64,000 nucleotides of DNA from Promethearchaeota archaeon (lineage in GTDB: Archaea > Asgardarchaeota > Lokiarchaeia > Sigyniarchaeales > SOKP01): assembly GCA_048939015.1 (NCBI GenBank), contig JBHLPW010000002.1:32001-96000 (forward strand). The letters are read 5' to 3'. The notes under the pieces are model-generated. The model saw only the letters and a program-made list of their open reading frames with translations. It was not told the origin of the DNA and did no database searches. The translations under genes were made by a program, and so were the position numbers. Positions within the stretch are counted from its first letter, which is position 1; each line of letters begins with the position of its first letter. Shown here one piece after another: positions 55,690 through 64,000 of this stretch.

Positions 55690-56547
55690 TTACATTTTTG
55701 TTTTCTTTTTTTCTATTTTTATTAACAGTTTTCCCACCGCTTTATGACTTATAAGTTGTAACCAAGCTAATAACCACCACCATCTAGGTACAAAAACTTC
55801 CCTCTTATATTTGCGTGAAGCTTTCATTACTACTTTTCCAACATCTTTTACCTCCACATATTTATATAAATGACCCCGTTTTTGATATTTTTTTACCCAA
55901 TCTTTCATTTCAGGAGTAGATTCCCAAAATTTAGTCTTAACAGGCGCAGGACAAATTGTTATGACTTGAATATTATGATTTTGCATTTTATATTCTAATC
56001 TAAGAGAATTAGCCAAACCGACTATAGCGAATTTACTCATTGAATAAGCCGCCATATTAGGAATACCTGTTTTTCCTGCTGAACTTGAGCTAAATATCAG
56101 TTGCCCTTCTTTTCGATTTGGGTATTTATTAGTAGGAGTGGGGCGTCCAATATAATGTAATGCTTCTTGGAGTACTAACCACATCCCATCGACATTTATT
56201 GACATAATCTTTCGATATTCTTCAAATGTTCCGCCGTTAGTTATTGAACAAGTAGTTCCTATACCCGCATTGTTATATAAAATATCTATATATTTTTCTT
56301 TTTCCCCAATCTTCTTAATAACTTCTTTAATTTGATTTCGATCAGTAACATCAAATTCAAAACTTTCTACATATTCTGCGCCTAAATCTTTGAGTTCCTC
56401 CTTTAAATTATCTAGTGGTGTATTAGGGAGATCCAACAGATATATTCTCATCCCTAAGGAAGCAAATCTACGGCACACTTCACTTCCAATAGCTCCACCG
56501 GCTCCTGTTATTACAAATACCTTCCCTTTGTACCATTTCTTTTTCAT
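55690..56547 (-). CDS. SDR-family oxidoreductase
   Basis: TGAGGAIG, NNAG and YSMSK motifs. Confidence 0.92.
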   Translation of the reverse strand: MKKKWYKGKVFVITGAGGAIGSEVCRRFASLGMRIYLLDLPNTPLDNLKEELKDLGAEYVESFEFDVTDRNQIKEVIKKIGEKEKYIDILYNNAGIGTTCSITNGGTFEEYRKIMSINVDGMWLVLQEALHYIGRPTPTNKYPNRKEGQLIFSSSSAGKTGIPNMAAYSMSKFAIVGLANSLRLEYKMQNHNIQVITICPAPVKTKFWESTPEMKDWVKKYQKRGHLYKYVEVKDVGKVVMKASRKYKREVFVPRWWWLLAWLQLISHKAVGKLLIKIEKKKTKM

Positions 56548-56607
56548 TTAATCATTCACTCATGTACTTAACAAATTATCATATACTAAAAAAAAAGATT
56601 AAATGGG

Positions 56608-56991
56608 TTATTCTCCCCTTTTTACATTTCCTTGAAATGAAGAAAATTGATTAAAAAGTGCTTTAGTATCACCCTCAATTTTGGCAAAGATATTAACAGG
56701 ACTCGCAGCAATAGGCTTATCACCAGAACTTGCGGGAGTGGGTCCCCAAAAAATACAAAAACCTTGACCACTAATCCAATATCCTACATCCCCGATATCA
56801 CATTCCGTTTGTGAATTCTCTGTAGGAATTTTAACAGGACAATCTCCATAAAGCTCCTCTCCCCATCTTGATAATTCAACTTCAAATGGAAGAGCATCCC
56901 AAATTGCTTGACATGTTTTTGGGTTTTTTTCAGGTAATAACTTTGCTTTTACTTCTCCGATTTTTTCATTTTCGATTATAATATAATTCAT
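56608..56991 (-). CDS. Cyclophilin-like fold protein (archaeal DUF369-type)
   Basis: PKT..IWDALP, RWGEELY and GDVGYW..G..FCIF.GPTP motifs. Confidence 0.8.
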   Translation of the reverse strand: MNYIIIENEKIGEVKAKLLPEKNPKTCQAIWDALPFEVELSRWGEELYGDCPVKIPTENSQTECDIGDVGYWISGQGFCIFWGPTPASSGDKPIAASPVNIFAKIEGDTKALFNQFSSFQGNVKRGE

Positions 56992-57090
56992 TGTATACCC
57001 TCAAAATTATAATTTTAACAATATATAAGAATCACTAGTATTTAAACAAAATAAATATAATTTACAAATAAAGCATTAGAGTTTTATAAA

Positions 57091-57534
57091 ATGATAAAAA
57101 CTAATAGGGATGACCTACCTGCAAATCCCATAGAAGCTCAAGGATTGTTATTAAAAGCTGTTTACAAAAAGTTTGGTAAAGAAGTTTTACCTATAATAAG
57201 AACTGTTTGCCAAAAACAAGGAAAAGCATTAGGGCTAAAAATTAAAAACAAACTTACAAAGAACAATTTAATTACTGTTGCTAATGCATTTTCAAAAAGT
57301 TTTGACCAAAAATATATTGAAATAATCTCTATATCAGATGAAAAGTTTCATATTCGTGGTACTAAGTGCCCATTTGGTCTTGAGAATACCTCTAGAGAAT
57401 TATGTGAAGCAGTTATGACAATTGATCATGAATATTTTCGTGAAGCAGTTAATGATAAGATTGAACTCAAGATTCTTAAAACTGTAGCTACTGGAGACCC
57501 TTATTGTGATACAATTTATGAGATAAAAGATTAA
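57091..57534 (+). CDS. ATC-hydrolase/V4R-like small ligand-binding protein
   Basis: KCPF...LC.....D and TVATGDPYC motifs. Confidence 0.7.
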   Translation: MIKTNRDDLPANPIEAQGLLLKAVYKKFGKEVLPIIRTVCQKQGKALGLKIKNKLTKNNLITVANAFSKSFDQKYIEIISISDEKFHIRGTKCPFGLENTSRELCEAVMTIDHEYFREAVNDKIELKILKTVATGDPYCDTIYEIKD

Positions 57535-57560
57535 TTTTTATTTTAAGAATGTTTTAAACC

Positions 57561-58376
57561 ATGATTTTAGAAAAAACTGTTGATTTAATTAAACAGATTT
57601 ATAAAATTCACAAGATTGTACCTCCCAAAATAACAAAGGTTGTAATTGGATTAGGATATACTGGGGTAGAGGTTACTGCTTATGCTTATGAACCTTTTTT
57701 AGGTTTAGCATCAACCCTACAAAGCGTATTAAAGAAAACTAATTGTAGTAAAATTAATTTTGCTGGAGAGCTGACAAGGTATCCTATTACAGAACTTTTA
57801 AATTGGTCATTCAAATCTCCTAGCCTTGAAAAAATCATCGGTATCGCTACTCTAAATGGAGTATCTCAACATATTTTAAAAATTATAAAACCTTATAGGA
57901 AAGTTAAAGAAGAAAGTTTGACAAATATTATAGAAATTAATTCAGATACTAGAGTTACTTTTATAGGATTAATTAAACCATTGATAAAAGAGATTCATAA
58001 AATTACTTCCTCAGTCATAGTTATAGAGGATTCACTTTTAATCTCCTCTGAATTCAAGAATATTATTTTCAGACATAATATCGAAGAACTAAAAGATGAT
58101 GAACTTTATACTGATGTATTAGTTTGCACTGGAACAGCTTTAATTAATAACACTATTGAGTCAATATTAGAAAAATTCAAAAATAAGGCTCGAAAAATTA
58201 TCTTAATTGGTCCTACTGCAAGTATGATACCTGATATTTTGTTTGATTATGGAGTAGATATAGTTGGTGGAATGAAAATCTTGAATTCAGATGCTACAAT
58301 AAGAGTTTTACAGGAAGGAGGGGGTACTAGATTATTTAGTATGTATGGAAAAAAATATAACTTAATTAAGGAGTAA
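57561..58376 (+). CDS. DUF364-family Rossmann-like protein
   Basis: IGLGYTGV, IGIATLN, TGTALINNT, GPTAS and LFDYGVDIVGG motifs. Confidence 0.82.
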   Translation: MILEKTVDLIKQIYKIHKIVPPKITKVVIGLGYTGVEVTAYAYEPFLGLASTLQSVLKKTNCSKINFAGELTRYPITELLNWSFKSPSLEKIIGIATLNGVSQHILKIIKPYRKVKEESLTNIIEINSDTRVTFIGLIKPLIKEIHKITSSVIVIEDSLLISSEFKNIIFRHNIEELKDDELYTDVLVCTGTALINNTIESILEKFKNKARKIILIGPTASMIPDILFDYGVDIVGGMKILNSDATIRVLQEGGGTRLFSMYGKKYNLIKE

Positions 58377-58485
58377 GTTGTTTTAATACTAGAACCTTAG
58401 TAATCATCTGTATTTTTGTTATCTGGATATTCAAAAAGTTTATAATTTTGTAGAAACCAATAATATAATAGGAAGTGTATTAAAA

Positions 58486-59016
58486 ATGTCTGAACAGGTA
58501 TTTTCTTTCAAGCTAATTGTAATCGGTCCTGCTGCTGTAGGCAAATCCAGCCTCATCCGAAGATTTGTCGAAAATAAATTCACTCTTCATTATAAATTTA
58601 CGATTGGAGTAGATTTTATGACTAAAACTGTAGATTACGAAACAGGTAAATCTGCTAAACTAACATTATGGGATATTGGAGGTCAGGAACGGTTTAAAGT
58701 ATTACGTAGAAGTTTTTATGAAGGAACCAATGGTGCATTAGTTGTTTTTGATCTTTCAAGAGCAAATACATTTACTAAAATGAAAGAGTGGCTTTCAGAT
58801 GCACGACAATCTATTTCAAATGCATTTCCAGCAATAATTATTGGAAATAAATCTGATTTAATTCCAGAAATTGGAGAAATAATCGATCGAAATGAGCCTC
58901 TTCAATATGCAAAATCTGAAAATAGCATTTATATTGAAACTTCTGCTAAAACGGGAGAGAATGTTGATAAAGCATTTCTGGATCTTACTCGACAGATGGT
59001 ACAAAAATTCTCGTAA
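58486..59016 (+). CDS. Rab-like small GTPase
   Basis: GPAAVGKSS, TIGVDF, WDIGGQERF, NKSD and TSAK motifs. Confidence 0.93.
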   Translation: MSEQVFSFKLIVIGPAAVGKSSLIRRFVENKFTLHYKFTIGVDFMTKTVDYETGKSAKLTLWDIGGQERFKVLRRSFYEGTNGALVVFDLSRANTFTKMKEWLSDARQSISNAFPAIIIGNKSDLIPEIGEIIDRNEPLQYAKSENSIYIETSAKTGENVDKAFLDLTRQMVQKFS

Positions 59017-59169
59017 TTTAAATCTTTAGAAAACTATTCCTTCTGTTATTAATTATTAAAATTTTTTTTTGAATAATTCAACTTTTTAAAATTTTCGAAA
59101 AGTGTACTATATAAATTATAAATCTTTTATAGAGAAGATATAAAAGCATATTTTTTAGATCTCATCAAA

Positions 59170-59700
59170 ATGCAAGATTATTCATTCAAGGTTATTGTTA
59201 TTGGGCCCGCAGCAGTAGGAAAGTCATCTCTAATACGTCGATTTGTTGATGATAAGTTTTCACTCCAATATAAATTCACTATTGGAGTAGATTTTTTAAG
59301 TAAAAATATTGAATATAAGCAAGATAAAAAAGCTAGATTACTTATATGGGATATTGGAGGTCAAGAACGTTTTAAATCATTACGAAGAAATTTTTATGAT
59401 GGAACTAATGGTGCTTTAGTGGTTTTTGATCTTTCAAGAGCTGAAACTTTCCCAAAAATGAAAGAATGGCTCTCCGATTTGAAACAGTTCATTGGAGAAA
59501 GCATTCCGGTTGTAATAATAGGAAATAAAGCTGATTTAATTTCTGAGATAGGTGAAGTGGTTGATCGAAATGAATTAGATCAATATAATAATTGTAAAAA
59601 CTGTGAATATATTGAAACTTCAGCTAAAACTGGTGAAAATATAGAGGATGCATTCGTCCATCTTACTCAGAACATTATAGAATCACTTCATTCTACCTAA
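59170..59700 (+). CDS. Rab-like small GTPase
   Basis: GPAAVGKSS, TIGVDF, WDIGGQERF, NKAD and TSAK motifs. Confidence 0.93.
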   Translation: MQDYSFKVIVIGPAAVGKSSLIRRFVDDKFSLQYKFTIGVDFLSKNIEYKQDKKARLLIWDIGGQERFKSLRRNFYDGTNGALVVFDLSRAETFPKMKEWLSDLKQFIGESIPVVIIGNKADLISEIGEVVDRNELDQYNNCKNCEYIETSAKTGENIEDAFVHLTQNIIESLHST

Positions 59701-59814
59701 ATTTTGATTAATTTACTCAAAAAAAATTATTATTTAAACTCGATCGTTTCGAAAATGTTTAAATATCTAATAGAGATTATTTATTAGAACTGCATTATTA
59801 ATTGGTAATCTCCT

Positions 59815-60351
59815 ATGCCACTCTATGTATTTAAGGTCATAATAATAGGACCTGGAGCTGTCGGTAAGACTTCACTTTTACACCGATTCGTTGAAAATAA
59901 ATTCTCATTTAGATATAAACTTACAATTGGAGCAGATTTTCTTTCAAAGATCATCACACATCCAAAAGATTCAAAGTCAACAGTAAAGTTGCAGATCTGG
60001 GACATTGGAGGCCAAGATAGATATAAATTTTTAAGATCAAGCTTTTTTGATGGTGCAAATGGTGCTTTAATTGTTTTCGATCTATCAAGATGGCATACAT
60101 TTGAAGAACTTGAAGAATGGTTAAAGGATTTGCGTGAATATGCTGGTGAACATGTACCTTTTATATTAATTGGTAATAAATTTGACTTGGTTGAAAAAAG
60201 TGATGAACTTTATGAAAGAGAGAATGCTCAGGTGTTTGCCAAAAAGGAAAAAACATATTATGTTGAAACTTCTGCTAAAACTGGTGAAAATGTAGAAGAA
60301 GCTTTTCTAAATTTAACAAAGAGCATGTTGAAAAATATAAATAATAAATAG
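59815..60351 (+). CDS. Rab-like small GTPase
   Basis: GPGAVGKTS, TIGADF, WDIGGQDRY, NKFD and TSAK motifs. Confidence 0.93.
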   Translation: MPLYVFKVIIIGPGAVGKTSLLHRFVENKFSFRYKLTIGADFLSKIITHPKDSKSTVKLQIWDIGGQDRYKFLRSSFFDGANGALIVFDLSRWHTFEELEEWLKDLREYAGEHVPFILIGNKFDLVEKSDELYERENAQVFAKKEKTYYVETSAKTGENVEEAFLNLTKSMLKNINNK

Positions 60352-60360
60352 GTTTCGCTC

Positions 60361-63300
60361 TTATATCCGTATTATAGCAAAAGATAATAAATTCGTGTAA
60401 AATTTAGCTAAATTCCTTCTTTTCATCTCATTTCTTAAATCTTCATACTCAAAAGCTAAATCATCCAATTTTTTTTCGATTAATTGAATGTCTCTTAGAT
60501 TGAATTTAATTTCTTCTTCCAATTTTATAATATTTTCTAATTTTTCTTGCTTTTTTGCTGAATCTGTAATTCTTTCGATATTTTGACGCTGTCGTGGACT
60601 CGGAAGTCTGTTTTTATTTCTCTCTAAAGTTCCATTTAATGATTCGCGTTTAAGATTTAATATTCTTTTTTTATGTGAGAATATTTTGTCTTTTTTCTTT
60701 TTTTCTTGATTGAATATCTTTTCATTTAGGATACTAATCTCCTTTTTCCAAGTTGAAGTTTTTGATTTAATTATGGTTTTAGCACTCTGCTGAATATTTA
60801 AAACCAAATTATAATCTAGATTGATTATATTATCATCCTTATGAAACAAAAACATTTCATTGAAACCATTAATATCCAATACAATTTCTGCTAAATTATT
60901 AATTTCATTTCCTTTCATATCCACAATTGTAGAAAGAATTTGGTTTTCAATAATATATCCTTGAAATTTAATAGAGAAAATGAACAGATATAATTGATCG
61001 TCTCTAATTAATCCCATATCAAATTTCTTTTGTAATTCCCTCTTATTTAGATGTAGAATGCTAAAATTTCCTTTAAATTCATCAACTATAATAAAATCTA
61101 AAACGTTGTTAATTAAGGGATGTCCTAAGGCAAAAAAATCTATTTCTTCTCTTTTTCTAGCCAATTCTAAGTTAAAAGTTCCCATATATTCATTTTTAAA
61201 TTTATATTTAGTATTGCTTAATAGATTATCATTCAATTTAATTTTTGATTGAAAGCCAATATCCTGTGAAAATTCTTCTTTCGAATCTCGAATATCTTCA
61301 AGAAGTCCAAATTTTTTATTATTAAGATTGAAAAAGGATTTTATTAAAAGATACAATTCATTATGTGTAAGTTTTACTTCCACACATGATGCTAATGAAC
61401 TAATAAGCCCCTCCATTTGAAATGATCTTTTATCGATCATTAAATCATCCAATTGCATTTCGATTTCTCTTGCCTTTCTTATTTCATCATCAAGAGTTCG
61501 ATAAAACTCATTTAATCTTTTACGCTTTTTCCCATCTTCTTCAGCAAAAATTACACTTTTAAAGTCATTTTCAATTCTACCGATGATTGGTTCCAAGATC
61601 CCTATAGATTCCTCAAAAAGATTTATCCTTTTAATTAAAGCATGAATCACATCGGTTTCTACAGTCCCTTCCAAAAAGATATTATAGATATATATTTCTT
61701 GAGATTCTTGTCCAATTCTATCTAATCTTCCAATTCGTTGTTCAAGCTTCATAGGATTCCATGGAAGGTCATAATTAATAAGAATGCGGCAAAATTGGAA
61801 ATTCCGACCTTCACCACCTATTTCTGTAGAAATTAAAATAGAGGACTTCTTACTACTCCTAAATTTCTCAACAGCCTCATCTTTTTGTATACTATCCAAT
61901 CCACCATAAAACAAATTTACGCTATTTTGTGGGTTATTATTCTCGATTAGGGATTTTAAATGATTTAATGTATCAACAAATTGAGTAAAAATAATAATTT
62001 TTTCATTTGGATTCTGAGAGTAAATATTATTTAATATTTCCAATAGTTTATCTGATTTTGAATCATAAGGTAGCGCTTTTAATTTATTATAAAATTCTTT
62101 CAATATTTTTTCCTGATTGAGAAGGTCAATTTCTTCATCTTTTTTTTCCTTCTGTGCCTTGTTGTTAAAAATCTCATCGACATCTAGAAATTGTTCTTCT
62201 AATTCTGATTCATAATATTCTGGATTTTCTTCTCTTATGATGTTAGTATCAAGAAATATATTTTTGTATCTATCAATCTGGTCAAGTCTCCGTTCAAGAC
62301 TCCTCAGAAATGCATATTTTGAGCTAGTTAATAGTTTTTGGAGAGTTGTTATTACAAAACCAATCCCTACATTTTCTTTACTTATTGAAGAATTATATAT
62401 TTTCGCTAAATAAAGCCGAATTTCATTATACACTTCCAATTCTTCCCTAGTAGGATTTACCATAATTGTATTTACAATTCTTTTATTCAGTGCGTCATCA
62501 GTAAACACATTTTTCTTGCGGTTTCTAATTAGAAATTTCGATAAAGTATGGTCTTCTGCAATTTTACTCAATAAGTTCAATTTAAAGGAGTCACTTTGAA
62601 GTTTTGAAAGAAACTCATTAATATTTCTATTTTTATCTATATATCTAAGATCTTTCAGAAGTTTTATTGTGTTTTTTACTTCAAAATTGTTTAATTTCTC
62701 AATATTATTCAAGTTGGTAGTTAATAAATTAATAAACGGCATATTTTTTCTAAAATGCTCAAAATCACTAAAGTTTTGAAATATTTCAGGATGAATAAGC
62801 TCAATTAGAGAAAATAATTCAAAAGAATGAAGTTGTAGAGGAGTGGCTGTCAATAGTAGCATACTTTCTGATTTTAAACTTAAATTTCTCGCTAATTCAT
62901 AATTAAGAGTTTCTCTATAATTTCCTGTTGTTGCATTAATAAGATATCTTCTTAAATGGTGTGCTTCATCAAAAATAACTATATCCCAAGATATACTTGA
63001 TAGTAATTCGATATATTTTCTATTTCTCGCAAATTGAAGTGAGCAAATAATTAGATTATCATAATAGAAAGGGTTTTGAAGAATTTCTGGGTGTTTATAG
63101 CTCCCTTTTCCTTTTAATTCTTTAATTTTTTTTCCGTCATAAATTGTAAATTTTAAATTAAACTTATTTTGCATTTCAAATTGCCATTGCTTCACTAATG
63201 AGGCAGGGACAATGATTAAAATACGTTCTGCTAAATCCCTTGCCATCATTTCCTTTATATAAATACCTGCTTCAATAGTTTTTCCAAGGCCAACCTCATC

Positions 63301-63957
63301 AGCCAAAATTATTCTTGGAAAGTGTTCTTCAGATAATCTATGAGTGACATTTATCTGATGGGGCATTAATGACAAGCGCGAATTTGTAATGCATTTAATT
63401 TGATACGATTTGTAATAAGAGTAAAATAAATTTGCCCAATATTTAATTAAAAAGTTCTTAGGAGGATCAATTAATTGTTTTGAAATCAGATTTTCTAAAG
63501 GCGTTTTGTATTTAGAATAAATTTCATGCTCAAAAATCTGAGATACTTTACCATTTTCCATTAGAAATTCATAGGAAATTACTCCATCTTTAACAAGAAA
63601 GTCCTTAATATTGATGTACCCTATTCCTTGTTTAGTAACGACCTTATCATTAAATTCATAGACATAGTGAATAAGATCAATGGGATGGATAATTTTAACT
63701 ACATTATTTTTAAAAGACACCTTGAATTTAGTTATGAAGAAGGTATCATCCTCGTCTAAAGATTTTGAAGCTGGTATTTCTACCCTCTTTATTACACGCC
63801 CTATTCCTAAATCAGTATTTAACCTATATATGACTTGATTACCTACATTAAACTTTTGACCTTGACAGTAGATATTAAAACATTTAGAGTATTTCGTTTC
63901 TATTTCCTTTCCACAAAAGGGGCAGTTAAAATTCAGAGGATTTATCTTTGAAACCAT
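60361..63957 (-). CDS. SNF2-family (RapA/HepA-like) helicase/ATPase with an N-terminal Cys cluster
   Basis: PHQ, LADEVGLGKT, DEAHH, LTATP, GGEGRNFQ and PWNP..LEQRIGRLDRIGQ motifs; N-terminal CPFC...C....C. Confidence 0.92.
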   Translation of the reverse strand: MVSKINPLNFNCPFCGKEIETKYSKCFNIYCQGQKFNVGNQVIYRLNTDLGIGRVIKRVEIPASKSLDEDDTFFITKFKVSFKNNVVKIIHPIDLIHYVYEFNDKVVTKQGIGYINIKDFLVKDGVISYEFLMENGKVSQIFEHEIYSKYKTPLENLISKQLIDPPKNFLIKYWANLFYSYYKSYQIKCITNSRLSLMPHQINVTHRLSEEHFPRIILADEVGLGKTIEAGIYIKEMMARDLAERILIIVPASLVKQWQFEMQNKFNLKFTIYDGKKIKELKGKGSYKHPEILQNPFYYDNLIICSLQFARNRKYIELLSSISWDIVIFDEAHHLRRYLINATTGNYRETLNYELARNLSLKSESMLLLTATPLQLHSFELFSLIELIHPEIFQNFSDFEHFRKNMPFINLLTTNLNNIEKLNNFEVKNTIKLLKDLRYIDKNRNINEFLSKLQSDSFKLNLLSKIAEDHTLSKFLIRNRKKNVFTDDALNKRIVNTIMVNPTREELEVYNEIRLYLAKIYNSSISKENVGIGFVITTLQKLLTSSKYAFLRSLERRLDQIDRYKNIFLDTNIIREENPEYYESELEEQFLDVDEIFNNKAQKEKKDEEIDLLNQEKILKEFYNKLKALPYDSKSDKLLEILNNIYSQNPNEKIIIFTQFVDTLNHLKSLIENNNPQNSVNLFYGGLDSIQKDEAVEKFRSSKKSSILISTEIGGEGRNFQFCRILINYDLPWNPMKLEQRIGRLDRIGQESQEIYIYNIFLEGTVETDVIHALIKRINLFEESIGILEPIIGRIENDFKSVIFAEEDGKKRKRLNEFYRTLDDEIRKAREIEMQLDDLMIDKRSFQMEGLISSLASCVEVKLTHNELYLLIKSFFNLNNKKFGLLEDIRDSKEEFSQDIGFQSKIKLNDNLLSNTKYKFKNEYMGTFNLELARKREEIDFFALGHPLINNVLDFIIVDEFKGNFSILHLNKRELQKKFDMGLIRDDQLYLFIFSIKFQGYIIENQILSTIVDMKGNEINNLAEIVLDINGFNEMFLFHKDDNIINLDYNLVLNIQQSAKTIIKSKTSTWKKEISILNEKIFNQEKKKKDKIFSHKKRILNLKRESLNGTLERNKNRLPSPRQRQNIERITDSAKKQEKLENIIKLEEEIKFNLRDIQLIEKKLDDLAFEYEDLRNEMKRRNLAKFYTNLLSFAIIRI

Positions 63958-64000
63958 TATCTTTATATTGTATTTAATATGAAGAAAAGTAAAAATTTTA

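Noticed and set aside
60361-63957. SNF2 helicase as part of a DISARM- or BREX-like defence operon
   Set aside because: No methylase or other partner genes are adjacent within the window. The upstream context lies outside the window, so this is unresolved rather than excluded.
1-64000. tRNA, rRNA, SECIS/selenoprotein or IS elements
   Set aside because: No GC-rich structured RNA segment, in-frame TGA split gene, transposase ORF or terminal inverted repeats were recognised by eye. A covariance-model search would be needed to exclude small RNAs.

Overview
AT-rich archaeal DNA, most likely from an Asgard archaeon of the Lokiarchaeia type. This is inferred from tandem unprenylated Rab-like GTPases with WDIGGQ, a longin-like domain, Loki-CTERM-like tails and archaeal TATA/SD signals. 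The left half (about 0.7-33.6 kb, almost all on the minus strand) is a cell-surface and signalling island. It holds three membrane proteins ending in closely related TIR domains that keep the catalytic Glu. Two of them are single-pass, Toll/IL-1R-like receptors with beta-helix, Ig-like, CARDB or ABC solute-binding ectodomains, and one of these is split by a single in-frame TAG. It also holds two tandem ~2,300-aa surface proteins built from lectin-like (LamG/ConA-like) cassettes inserted into an Ig-like scaffold, with signs of cassette copying and shuffling, including an exact 609-bp duplication. Finally there is a degenerate RelA/SpoT-TPR-SLOG-longin fusion whose TRPM-type SLOG domain could read TIR-derived ADP-ribose signals. 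The right half is mostly metabolic (PAP2, SDRs including a KDSR-like one, AOR, Fe-ADH, 3-hydroxyacyl-CoA dehydrogenases, HisC-like, HypB, methyltransferases, DUF885), with an orphan endonuclease VII, three tandem Rab-like GTPases and a SNF2/RapA-like helicase. I saw no rRNA, tRNA, CRISPR array or transposase. All domain calls come from motif recognition by eye, not database searches.
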